From positions 289,850,001 to 289,914,000 of the forward strand of contig OZ024741.1 in the NCBI GenBank assembly GCA_964016885.1: a DNA stretch of 64,000 nt, given 5' to 3'. This DNA comes from Eledone cirrhosa. Lineage: Eukaryota. Numbering within the stretch: position 1 is the stretch's first letter; each line of letters starts with the position of its first letter. A program made the position numbers and the translations under genes. Shown here in pieces: positions 38,218 through 50,000 of the stretch. The notes under the pieces were generated by a model that searched no databases, was not told where the DNA came from, and was given only the letters and a program-made list of their open reading frames with translations.

Positions 38218-41000
38218 GATAGATTTCTTTATTTACCATAAAGGCATAAAAAGAAGGGACAAATACAAAGGGGGAGTTTACATATAATCGAGTAAAAAGG
38301 GTGTAACATGAAAATAATCGAAAATAACCTCAAAAGGGAGGGGACGTGATGGGGGTTGCACACACCCCCGAAAAAGTGTGCAATCCTTTGCCCGGGGAGC
38401 ACATGGAGAAGGTGCTCCCCTCTCCTTTACTTCTTTACCTACAGGATGGTATACAGAGAAGGCCCATTTACACGAGCCATTCTCGCCACTATCACCCACC
38501 TTTCATAAAACTGCCTGTGGCCAAGCACCTCTCTCTCCATTCTTATCCTTCTTCCGAAGTGATATCGGAAGAAGTAGACCAGACTATGGCCAGAGAGGAA
38601 GTTGCCTGACCTCAGACCTTTCAATCGTGTCCACCAAACAACCTCTTTCAACATGGCTATTACGAACAGAAAAACCGCCTTTGCTTCCTTTGTGAAGAGG
38701 GGAGGCGGTTTGATTGTCATCACGGACTCGGCGGTCAATTTAATCGGCGCCACCCACGACAGCAGTTGTTCGGCGTAGCCCCACAGATCAGCCACGCCCG
38801 GACATTGCACCAATGCGTGCGCTACGGTTTCTTCGTGACGCACGCATCTAGGGCAAATCTTTTTTGAGGGATCCCTTCCCGGGCGCCCGTGTCTGTAGAG
38901 CCTCTCTCGAACGGGTAGAGCCCCTCGGTAGCACTGCCAGGCCAGTGACTTCTGGAAGTTGTCCATTGGTCCTGGGCCGAAAGTCCTACCGAACAGGCTG
39001 GCCAGTTCGTCTTCTTCCATGTCCAGCGACGCTCCAAGGGTGTCATCGCCCCTGCTAGCCACCAGCCCTCTATAGAATGATGAGGTGGATTCTCCACCGA
39101 TGGCCCGGCCCGCTTGCCAGAGAGCCCTGAGCGCCTGAGCACACTCAGTGTGCCAGTCTCCCAGTTTTCCGGATTTTTGCTTGACCCAGGACTGTAGCTC
39201 GGTGAGTGAGACGAGTCTCGGAAAGGCTCGTTTCACGAACGGAGCCCACACCGGTTGACCAGTGAGGAATACCTGTAGGTGCCGTAGCCTTAATGCGTGC
39301 CTACGCATCATCAACCACGGCATCCCCAGCCCTCCTTTCGAAGGTTGTTGGCAGCAGATGGATCTTCTCACCATAGGAGGACGCTTCTTCCAAAGAAATT
39401 GGAAGAGCATGCGTTCCATGGTGGTGAGTGTTTCCTTAGGGCAAGGCACGACAGTCAGGCGGTAGTAAGTGACGGACGCTATGTAAATGTTCGCCACCTC
39501 CGCCCGGCCTTTTAGGGACAGCTTACACTTGGCCCATTTCTGGGTTAGTGCAAACACCTTGTTCGTAACCTCGTTCCAGTTCTTTTCCACCTGGAGGTCC
39601 GGTCCAAACCAGACCCCAAGCAACTTTACTGGGCCCTCCGTCCAGTGTCCGACGACACCGTCAGGAGGCATCGGTTTGCCTCTCCACGTTCCGAGTTGCA
39701 GCCCGATGGATTTTTCCCGGTTCAGTTTCGCTCCTGACAACCTTTCGTACTCCTCCAGTAAGGTACCGATCGCCTCGATCTCCGAGTCGGTTGATACCAT
39801 TACTGTTACGTCATCGGCGTAGACCGACACCGCTTTGCTCAATCCTGGTTCCAGGGGGATACCCTGCAACAACTCCAACTTCCTCAGTAAAGGCTCGAGA
39901 GTCAATACGTACAGAAGGGAGGAGAGAGGGCACCCCTGTCGAATGGATCGTGTGATTTCGAACGGCTTCGAAAGGTAGCCGTTCACCTTGATCCTAGAAC
40001 AGATGTGGTTGCTATGTAGGGCAGTGATCCAGCCTCTGAAAACAGGACCAAACCCAGCCGCCGCTAGCACCGCATCCAGGTAACCATGGTCGACCCTATC
40101 GAAGGCCTTAGACTGATCCAAGTTGATCAGGGCCCCACCGAAGCCGGGTTTGTTGCCAACCCTCTCTATGATGTATCGCATGAGGTGGAGGTTATCGTGA
40201 ATGGACCTGGATGGGATAGCACATGTCTGCGCATCTCCCACCAGGCCACCCACGACAAGCGCCAAACTCTTTGCTAACACCTTGGCCAAAATCTTAAACT
40301 CTGTGTTTAGCAGGGTTATGGGCCGAAAATTATTTATACTATCCCCCTTGTTCTCGTCCTTCCTCACCAGCGTGACTACGCACTTGGCTACAGAACAAGG
40401 AATTCTCCCGTTCTGCTGCCAATTGCAGTAGACCGCTTCGAGGAGTTCGGAGAAGAAGACCGGCATTGCTAAATAAAGTTCGTAAGGTATACCATCGAGA
40501 CCTGGAGATTTGCGTCTGCTGCATTGGCTCAGCGCATCTCCGATCTCATCAGCCGAGATTGGTCCCTCGCAGGACTCTGCCTCTTTGTTCGAGAGACGCG
40601 GCAGGCCGTCGAGGTATGGACCGAAATCCACGCCCCGGCCCGGACCCTCGCCTCCCCCGAACAATCGGGCAAAGTGCTTTTGAAAGGCCTCGCACATCTG
40701 CTTAGGCTCCCGAATCACTCGTCCATCTTCGTCTTGCAACGACCGGATGGTGGATCGATTTCCACTTTTAGCTTCTGTCACGCGGGCCCATCCAACGGCT
40801 TTGGCCCCCTCATTACCTAGAGCACGTATTTTACTTCGAATGACGCAGCCTTCATGCTTTGCATCGAAAAACTGGTTCAAGGCCGTCCTCGATGCCAGCA
40901 CTCTGGCCACATCTTCGCTCTTGATTGCCTCTTCTAATTTACCTGTTAATTCTTTCTCGTTTCTATTCCTATTGGCAGCTAACATCTTGCTATAACTTAT
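38218..41000 (-). mobile_element. L1/Tx1-clade LINE, 5'-truncated, with 3'UTR
   Basis: ORF2 remnant, about 220-bp pyrimidine-rich 3'UTR, AATAAA on the minus strand at 38228-38233; the 5' end abuts the satellite. Confidence 0.92.
38439..40985 (-). CDS. LINE ORF2 reverse transcriptase with C-terminal zinc knuckle; APE endonuclease missing (848 aa, no stops)
   Basis: KSPGLDG, NFRPITLLNTEFKILAKVLA, DQSKAFDRVDH, IRQGCPLS, YADD, KGGLG, CPRC...ETVAHALVQCP. The frame continues upstream (ISYSK) to the truncation, so the Met is not the native start. Confidence 0.93.
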   Translation of the reverse strand: MLAANRNRNEKELTGKLEEAIKSEDVARVLASRTALNQFFDAKHEGCVIRSKIRALGNEGAKAVGWARVTEAKSGNRSTIRSLQDEDGRVIREPKQMCEAFQKHFARLFGGGEGPGRGVDFGPYLDGLPRLSNKEAESCEGPISADEIGDALSQCSRRKSPGLDGIPYELYLAMPVFFSELLEAVYCNWQQNGRIPCSVAKCVVTLVRKDENKGDSINNFRPITLLNTEFKILAKVLAKSLALVVGGLVGDAQTCAIPSRSIHDNLHLMRYIIERVGNKPGFGGALINLDQSKAFDRVDHGYLDAVLAAAGFGPVFRGWITALHSNHICSRIKVNGYLSKPFEITRSIRQGCPLSSLLYVLTLEPLLRKLELLQGIPLEPGLSKAVSVYADDVTVMVSTDSEIEAIGTLLEEYERLSGAKLNREKSIGLQLGTWRGKPMPPDGVVGHWTEGPVKLLGVWFGPDLQVEKNWNEVTNKVFALTQKWAKCKLSLKGRAEVANIYIASVTYYRLTVVPCPKETLTTMERMLFQFLWKKRPPMVRRSICCQQPSKGGLGMPWLMMRRHALRLRHLQVFLTGQPVWAPFVKRAFPRLVSLTELQSWVKQKSGKLGDWHTECAQALRALWQAGRAIGGESTSSFYRGLVASRGDDTLGASLDMEEDELASLFGRTFGPGPMDNFQKSLAWQCYRGALPVRERLYRHGRPGRDPSKKICPRCVRHEETVAHALVQCPGVADLWGYAEQLLSWVAPIKLTAESVMTIKPPPLFTKEAKAVFLFVIAMLKEVVWWTRLKGLRSGNFLSGHSLVYFFRYHFGRRIRMEREVLGHRQFYERWVIVARMARVNGPSLYTIL

Positions 41001-44000
41001 TGTAGTGTAGTGTGCCTTGTGTTGTTTGTGTAGTGTAGTGTGTCTGGTGTGGTCTGTGTAGTGTAGTGTGTCTGGTGTTGTCTATGTAGTGTACTGTGTA
41101 GTGGTATTGTCTGTGTAGTGTAGTGTGTCTGGTGTTCTCTGTGTAATGTAGTGTGTCTGGTGTTGTCTGTGTAGTGTAGTGTGTCTGGTGTTGTCTGTGT
41201 AGTGTAGTATATGTGGTGTTGTCTGTGTAGTGTAGCGTGTCTGGTATAGTCTGTGTAGTGTAGTGTGTCTCGTGTTGTCTATGTAGTGTAGTGTGTCTGG
41301 TGTTGTCTGTGTAGTGTAGTGTAGTGTGTCTGGTGTTGTCTGTGTGGTGTAGTGTGTGTCTGTGTAGTGTAGTGTGTCTGGTGTTGTCTGTGTAGTGTAG
41401 TGTGGAGTTGTCTGTGTAGTGTAGTGTGTCTAGTATTGTCTGTGTAGTGTAGTGTGTCTGGTGTTGTCTGTGTGGTGTAGTGTGGTGTTGCCTGTGTAGT
41501 GTAGTGTGTCTGGTATTGTCTGTGTAGTGTAGTGAGTGTCTGTGTAGTGTAGTGTGTCTGGTGTTGTCTGTGTAGTGTAGTGTGGTGTTGCCTGTGTTGT
41601 GTAGTGTGTCTGGTATTGTCTGTGTAGTGTAGTGTGTCTGGTGTTGTCTGTGTGGTGTAGTGTGTCTGGTGTTGTCTGTGTAGTGTAGTGTGTGTCTGTT
41701 TAGTGTAGTGTGTCTGGTGTTGTCTGTGTAGTGTAGTGTGGTGTTGTCTGTGTAGAGTAGTGTGTCTGGTATTGTCTGTGTAGTGTAGTGTGTCTGGTGT
41801 TGTCTGTGTAGTGTAGTGTGGTGTTGCCTGTGTTGTGTAGTGTGTCTGGTATTGTCTGTGTAGTGTAGTGTGTCTGGTGTTGTCTGTGTGGTGTAGTGTG
41901 GTGTTGCCTGTGTAGTGTAGTGTGTCTGGTATTGTCTGTGTAGTGTAGTGTGTCTGGTGTTGTCTGTGTAGTGTAGTGTGTCTGGTGTTGTCTGTGTATT
42001 GTAGTGTGGTGTTGTCTGTGTAGAGTAGTGTTGTCTGTGTAGAGTAGTGTGTCTGGTATTGTCTGTGTAGTGTAGTGTGTCTGGTGTTGTCTGTGTAGTG
42101 TAGTGTGTGTCTGGTGTTGTCTGTGTAGTGTAGTGTGTCTGGTGTTGTCTGTGTATTGTAGTGTGGTGTTGTCTGTGTAGAGTAGTGTGTCTGGTATTGT
42201 CTGTGTAGTGTAGTGTGTCTGGTGTTGTCTGTGTAGTGTAGTGTGGTGTTGCCTGTGTAGTGTAGTGTGTCTGGTGTTGTCTGTGTAGTGTAGTGTGGTG
42301 TTGTCTGTGTAGAGTAGTGTGTCTGGTATTGACTGTGTAGTGTAGTGTGGTGTTGCCTGTGTAGTGTAGTGTGTCTGGTATTGTCTGTGCAGTGTAGTGT
42401 GTGTCTGGTGTTGTCTGTGTAGTGTAGTGTGTCTGGTGTTGTCTGTGTAGTGTAGTGTGTCTGCTGTTGTCTGTGTAGTGTAGTGTGTCTTGTATTGTCT
42501 GTGTAGTGTAGTGTGTCTGGTGTTGTCTGTGTAGTGTAGTGTGGTGTTGCCTGTGTAGTGTAGTGTGTCTGGTATTGTCTGTGTCGTGTAGTGTGTCTGG
42601 TGTTGTCTGTGTAGTGTAGTGTGTCTGGTGTTGTCTGTGTAGTGTAGTGTGGTGTTGTCTGTGCAGAGTAGTGTGTCTGGTGTTGTCTGTGTAGTGTAGT
42701 GTGTCTGGTGTTGTCTGTGTAGTGTAGTGTGTCTGGTGTTGTCTGTGTAGTGTAGTGTGGTGTTGTCTGTGTAGAGTAGTGTGTCTGGTGTTGTCTGTGT
42801 AGTGTAGTGTGTCTGGTGTTGTCTGTGTAGTGTAGTGTGGTGTTGCCTGTGTAGTGTAGTGTGTCTGGTATTGTGTGTGTAGTGTAGTGTGTCTGGTGTT
42901 GTCTGTGTAGTGTAGTGTGTCTGGTGTTGTCTGTGTAGTGTAGTGTGGTGTTGTCTGTGCAGAGTAGTGTGTCTGGTGTTGTCTGTGTAGTGTAGTGTGT
43001 CTGGTGTTGTCTGTGTAGTGTAGTGTGTCTGGTGTTGTCTGTGTAGTGTAGTGTGGTGTTGTCTGTGTAGAGTAGTGTGTCTGGTGTTGTCTGTGTAGTG
43101 TAGTGTGTCTGGTGTTGTCTGTGTAGTGTAGTGTGGTGTTGCCTGTGTAGTGTAGTGTGTCTGGTATTGTCTGTGTAGTGTAGTGTGTCTGGTGTTGTCT
43201 GTGTAGTGTAGTGTGGTGTTGCCTGTGTAGTGTAGTGTGTCTGGTATTGTCTGTGTAGTGTAGTGTGTCTGGTGTTGTCTGTGTAGTGTAGTGTGTCTGG
43301 TGTTGTCTATATAGTGTAGTGTGTCTGGTGTTGTCTATATAGTGTAGTGTGGTGTTGCCTGTGTAGTGTAGTGTGTCTGGTGTTGTCTGTGTAGTATGTG
43401 TCTGGTGTTGTCTGTGTAGTGTAGTGTGTCTGGTGTTGTCTGTGTAGTATATGTCTGGTGTGGTCTGTGTAGTGTAGTGTGTCTGGTGTTGTCTGTGTAG
43501 TGTAGTTGTCTGGTGTTGTCTGTGTAGTGTAGTGTGTGTGGTGATGTCTATGGAGTGTAGTGTGTCTGGTGTTGTCTATGTAGTGTAATGTGTGTAGTGT
43601 TGTCTGTGTAGTGTAGTATGTGTGGTGTTGCCTGTGTAGTGTAGTGTGTCTGGTGTTGTCTATATAGTTTTGTATGTTTGGTGTTGTCTATGTAGTGTAA
43701 TGTGTGTAGTGTTGTCTGTGTAGTGTAGTATGTCTGGTGTTGTCTATGTTGTGTAGTGTGTCTGGTGTTGTCTGTGTAGTGTAGTGTGTCTGGTGTTGTC
43801 TGTGTAGTGTAGTGTGTCTGGTGTTGTCTGTGTAGTGTAGTGTGTCTGGTGTTGTCTCTGTAGTGTAGTGTGTCTGGTGTTGTCTGTGTAGTGTAGTGTG
43901 TCTTGTATTCTCTGTGTAGTGTAGTGTGTCTGGTGTTGTCTGTGTAGTGTAGTGTGTCTGGTGTTGTCTGTGTAGTGTAGTATGTCTTGTGTTGTCTGTT

Positions 44001-47000
44001 TAGTGTAGTGTGTCTGGTGTTGTCTATGTAGTGTAGTATGTCTGGTGTTGTCTGTGTAGTGTAGTGTGTCTGGTGTTGTCTGTGTAGTGTAGTGTGTCTC
44101 GTGTTGTCTGTGTAGTGTAGTGTGTCTGGTGTTGTCTGTGTAGTGTAGTGTGTCTGGTGTTGTATATGTAGGGTAGTGTGTCTGATGTTGTCTGTGTAGT
44201 GTAGTGTATCTGGTGTTGTCTGTGTAGTGTAGTGTGTCTGGTATTGTCCGTGTAGTGTAGTGTGTCTAGGTTTGTCTGTGTAGTGTAGTGTGTCTGGTGT
44301 TGTCTGTGTAGTGTAGTGTGTCTGGTGTTGTCTGTGTAGTGTAGTGTTTCTGGTGTTGTCTGTGTAGTGTAGTGTGTCTGGTGTTGTCTGTGTAGTGTAG
44401 TGTGTCTGGTGTTGTCTATGTAGTGTAGTGTATAGTGGTATTGTCTGTGTAGTGTAGTGTGTCTGGTGTTGTCTGTGTAGTGTAGTGTTTCTGGTGTGTC
44501 TGGTGTTGTCTGTGTAGTGTAGTGTGTCTGGTGATGTCTATGTAGTATAGTATGTCTGGTGTTGTCTGTGTAGTGCAGTGTGTCTTGTGTTGTCTGTGTA
44601 GTGTAGTGTGTCTGGTGATGTCTGTGTAGTGTAGTTGGTCTGGTGTTGTCTATGTAGTGTAGTGTATAGTGGTATTGTCTGTGTAGTGTAGTGTGTCTGG
44701 TGTTGTCTGTGTAGTGTAGTGTGTATGGTATTGTTTCTGTAGTGTAGTGTGTCTGGTATTGTCTGTGTATTGTAGTGTGTCTCTTGTGATCTGTGTAGTG
44801 TAGTGTGTCTGGTGTTGTCTGTGGAGTGTAGTGTGTCTGGTGTTGTCTGTGGAGTGTAGTGTGTCTGGTGTTGCTGTGTAGTGTAGTGTGTCTGGTATTG
44901 CTTGTGTAGTGTAATGTGTATGTTATTGTCTGTGTAGTGTAGTGTGTCAGTTGTGGTCTGTGTAGTGTAGTGTGTCTGGTGTTCTCTGTGGAGTGTAGTG
45001 TGTCTGGTGTTGTCTGTGGACTGTAGTGTGTCTGGTGTTGTCTGTGTAGTGTAGTGTGTGTGGTGTTGTCTGTGTAGTGTAGTGTATCTGGTGTTGTCTG
45101 TGTAGTGTAGTGTGGCTGGTGTTGTCTGTTTAGTGTAGTGTGTCTGGTATTGTCCGTGTAGTGTAGTGTGTCTGGTATTGTCTGTGTAGTGTAGTGTGTC
45201 TGGTGTTGTCTGTGTAGTGTAGTGTTTCTGGTGTTGTCTGTGTAGTGTAGTGTGTCTGGTGTTGTCTGTGTAGTGTAGTGTGTCTGGTGATGTCTATGTA
45301 GTCTAGTATGTCTGGTGTTGTCTGTGTAGTGTAGTGTGTCTGGTGTTGTCTGTATAGTGTAGTGTGGTGTTGTCTGTACAGTGTAGTGTGGTGTTGCCTG
45401 TGTAGTGTGTGACTGGTGTTGTCTGTGTAGTATGTGTCTGGTGTTGCCTGTGTAGTGTAGTGTGTGTAGTGTTGTCTGTGTAGTGTAGTATGTCTGGTGT
45501 TGTCTATGTTGTGTAGTGTGACTGGTATTCTCTGTGTAGTGTAGCGTGTGTGTGGTGTTGTCTGTGAAGTGTAGTGTGTCTGGTGTTGTCTGTGTAGTGT
45601 ATGTCTGGTGTTGATTGTGTAGTGTAGTGTATCTGGTGTTGTCAGTGTAGTGTAGTGTGTCTGGTGTTGTCTGTGTAGTGTAGTGTGTCCGGTGTTGTCT
45701 ATGTAGTGTAGTGTGTCTGGTGTTATCTGTGTAGTGTAGTGTGTCTGGTATTGTTTGTGTAGTGTAGTGTGTCTGGTATTGTCTGTGTATTGTAGTGTGT
45801 CTGTTGTGATCTGTGTAGTGTAGTGTGTCTGGTGTTGTCTGTGGAGTGTAGTGTGTCTGGTGTTGTCTGTGGAGTGTAGTGTGTCTGGTGCTGCTGTGTA
45901 GTGTAGTGTGTCTGGTATTGCTTGTGTAGTGTAATGTGTATGGTATTGTCTGTGTAGTGTAGTGTGTCAGTTGTGGTCTGTGTAGTGTAGTGTGTCTGGT
46001 ATCCTCTCTGGAGTGTAGTGTGTCTGGTGTTGTCTGTGGAGTGTAGTGTGCCTTGTGTTGTCTGTGTAGTGTAGTGTGTCTGGTATTATCTGTGTAGTGT
46101 AGTGTGTCTGGTATTGTCTGTGTAGTGTAGTGTGTCTGGTGTTGTCTGTGTAGTGTAGTGTGTCTGGTGTTGTCTGTGTAGTGTAGTATGTCTTGTGTTG
46201 TCTGTTTAGTGTAGTGTGTCTGGTGTTGTCTATGTAGTGTAGTATGTCTGGTGTTGTCTGTGTAGTGTAGTGTGTCTGGTGTTGTCTGTGTAGTGTAGTG
46301 TGTCTGGTGTTGTCTGTGTAGTGTAGTGTGTCTGGTGTTGTCTGTGTAGTGTAGTGTGGTGTTGTCTGTGTAGTGTAGTGAATCTGGTGTTGTCTGTGTA
46401 GTGTAGTGTGTCTGGTGTTGTCTATGTAGGGTAGTGTGTCTGATGTTGTCTGTGTAGTGTAGTGTATCTGGTGTTGTCTGTGTAGTGTAGTGTGTCTGGT
46501 ATTGTCCGTGTAGTGTAGTGTGTCTAGGTTTGTCTGTGTAGTGTAGTGTGTCTGGTGTTGTCTGTGTAGTGTAGTGTGTCTGGTGTTGTCTGTGTAGTGT
46601 AGTGTTTCTGGTGTTGTCTGTGTAGTGTAGTGTGTCTGGTGTTGTCTGTGTAGTGTAGTGTGTCTGGTGTTGTCTATGTAGTGTAGTGTATAGTGGTATT
46701 GTCTGTGTAGTGTAGTGTGTCTGGTGTTGTCTGTGTAGTGTAGTGTTTCTGGTGTGTCTGGTGTTGTCTGTGTAGTGTAGTGTGTCTGGTGATGTCTATG
46801 TAGTGTAGTATGTCTGGTGTTGTCTGTGTAGTGCAGTGTGTCTTGTGTTGTCTGTGTAGTGTAGTGTGTCTGGTGATGTCTGTGTAGTGTAGTGTGTCTG
46901 GTGTTGTCTATGTAGTGTAGTGTATAGTGGTATTGTCTGTGTAGTGTAGTGTGTCTGGTGTTGTCTGTGTAGTGTAGTGTGTATGGTATTGTTTCTGTAG

Positions 47001-50000
47001 TGTAGTGTGTCTGGTATTGACTGTGTATTGTAGTGTGTCTCTTGTGATCTGTGTAGTGTAGTGTGTCTGGTGTTGTCTGTGGAGTGTAGTGTGTCTGGTG
47101 TTGTCTGTGGAGTGTAGTGGGTCTGGTGTTGCTGTGTAGTGTAGTGTGTCTGGTATTGCTTGTGTAGTGTAATGTGTATGGTATTGTCTGTGTAGTGTAG
47201 TGTGTCAGTTGTGGTCTGTGTAGTGTAGTGTGTCTGGTGTTCTCTGTGGAGTGTAGTGTGTCTGGTGTTGTCTGTGGACTGTAGTGTGTCTGGTGTTGTC
47301 TGTGTAGTGTAGTGTGTCTGGTGTTGTCTGTGTAGTGTAGTGTATCTGGTGTTGTCTGTGTAGTGTAGTGTGGCTGGTGTTGTCTGTTTAGTGTAGTGTG
47401 TCTGGTATTGTCCGTGTAGTGTAGTGTGTCTGGTATTGTCTGTGTAGTGTAGTGTGTCTGGTGTTGTCTGTGTACTGTAGTGTTTCTGGTGTTGTCTGTG
47501 TAGTGTAGTGTGTCTGGTGTTGTCTGTGTAGTGTAGTGTGTCTGGTGATGTCTATGTAGTCTAGTATGTCTGGTGTTGTCTGTGTAGTGTAGTGTGTCTG
47601 GTGTTGTCTGTATAGTGTAGTGTGGTGTTGTCTGTACAGTGTAGTGTGGTGTTGCCTGTGTAGTGTGTGACTGGTGTTGTCTGTGTAGTATGTGTCTGGT
47701 GTTGCCTGTGTAGTGTAGTGTGTGTAGTGTTGTCTGTGTAGTGTAGTATGTCTGGTGTTGTCTATGTTGTGTAGTGTGACTGGTATTCTCTGTGTAGTGT
47801 AGCGTGTGTGTGGTGTTGTCTGTGAAGTGTAGTGTGTCTGGTGTTGTCTGTGTAGTGTATGTCTGGTGTTGATTGTGTAGAGTAGTGTATCTGGTGTTGT
47901 CAGTGTAGTGTAGTGTGTCTGGTGTTGTCTGTGTAGTGTAGTGTGTCTGGTATTGTCTATGTAGTGTAGTGTGTCTGGTGTTATCTGTGTAGTGTAGTGT
48001 GTCTGGTATTGTTTGTGTAGTGTAGTGTGTCTGGTATTGTCTGTGTATTGTAGTGTGTCTGTTGTGATCTGTGTAGTGTAGTGTGTCTGGTGTTGTCTGT
48101 GGAGTGTAGTGTGTCTGGTGTTGTCTGTGGAGTGTAGTGTGTCTGGTGCTGCTGTGTAGTGTAGTGTGTCTGGTATTGCTTGTGTAGTGTAATGTGTATG
48201 GTATTGTCTGTGTAGTGTAGTGTGTCAGTTGTGGTCTGTGTAGTGTAGTGTGTCTGGTATCCTCTCTGGAGTGTAGTGTGTCTGGTGTTGTCTGTGGAGT
48301 GTAGTGTGCCTTGTGTTGTCTGTGTAGTGTAGTGTGTCTGGTATTATCTGTGTAGTGTAGTGTGTCTGGTATTGTCTGTGTAGTGTAGTGTGTCTGGTGT
48401 TGTCTGTGTAGTGTAGTGTGTCTGGTGATGTCTATGTAGTGTAGTATGTCTGGTGTTGTCTGTGTAGTGTAGTGTGTCTGGTGTTGTCTATATAGTGTAG
48501 TGTGTAGTGGCATTGTCTGTATAGTGTAGTGTGTCTGGTGTTCTCTGTGTAATGTAGTGTGTCTGGTGTTGTCTCTGTAGTGTAGTGTGTCTGGTGTTGT
48601 CTGTGTAGTGTAGTATATGTGGTGTTGTCTGTGTAGTGTAGTGTGTCTGGTATTGTCTGTGTAGTGTAGTGTGTCTGGTATTGTCTGTGTAGTGTAGTGT
48701 GTCCGTTGTGGTCTGTTTAATGTAGTGTGTCTGGTGTTGTCTGTGTAGTGTAGTGGGTCTGGTGTTGTCTGTGTAGTACGTGTCTGGTGTTGTCTGTGTA
48801 GTGTAGTGAGTCTGGTGTTGTCTCTGTAGTGTAGTGTGTCTGGTGTTGTCTGTGTAGTGTAGTGTGTCTGGTGTTGTCTGTGTAGTGTAGTGTGTCTGGT
48901 GTTGTCTGTGGAGTGTAGTATGTCTGGTGTTGCCTGTGTAGTGTAGTGTGTCTGGTGTTGTCTATGTAGTGTAATGTGTGTAGTGTTGTCTGTGTAGTGT
49001 AGTATGTCTGGTGTTGTCTATGTAGTGTAATGTGTGTAGTGTTGTCTGTGTAGTGTAGTATGTCTGGTGTTGTGTATGTTGTGTAGTGTGACTGGTATCC
49101 TCTGTGTAGTGTAGTGTCTGTGTGGTGTTGTCTGTGTAGTGTAGTGTATCTGGTGTTGTCTGTGTAGTGTAGCGTCTCTGGTGTTGTCTATGTAGTTTCG
49201 TGTGTCTGGTGTTGTCTGTGTAGTGTAGTGTGTCTGGTGTTGTCTGTGTAGTGTAGTGTGTCTGGTGTTGTCTGTGTAGTGTGGTGTGTCTGGTGTTGTC
49301 TGTGTAGTGTAGTGTGTCTTGTATTCTCTGTGTAGTGTAGTGTGTCTGGTGTTGTCTGTGTAGTGTAGTGTGTCTGGTGTTGTCTGTGTAGTGTAGTGTG
49401 TCTTGTGTTGTCTGTTTAGTGTAGTGTGTCTGGTGTTGTCTATGTAGTGTAGTATGTCTGGTGTTGTCTGTGTAGTGTAGTGTGTCTGGTGTTGTCTGTG
49501 TAGTGTAGTGTGTCTGGTGTTGTCTGTGTAGTGTAGTGTGTCTGGTGTTGTCCGTGTAGTGTAGTGTGTCTGGTGTTGTCTGTGTAGTGTAGTGTGTCTG
49601 GTGTTGTTGTGTAGTGTAGTGAATCTGGTGTTGTCTGTGTAGTGTAGTGTGTCTGGTGTTGTCTATGTAGGGTAGTGTGTCTGATGTTGTCTGTGTAGTG
49701 TAGTGTATCTGGTGTTGTCTGTGTAGTGTAGTGTGTCTGGTATTGTCTGTGTAGTGTAGTGTGTCTGGTGTTGTCTGTGTAGTGTAGTGTGTCTGGTGTT
49801 GTCTGTGTAGTGTAGTGTGTCTGGTGTTGTCTGTGTAGTATAGTGTTTCTGGTGTTGTCTGTGTAGTGTAGTGTGTCTGGTGTTGTCTGTGTAGTGTAGT
49901 GTGTCTGGTGATGTCTATGTAGTGTAGTATGTCTGGTGTTGTCTGTGTAGTGTAGTGTGTCTTGTGTTGTCTGTGTAGTGTAGTGTGTCTGGTGTTGTCT

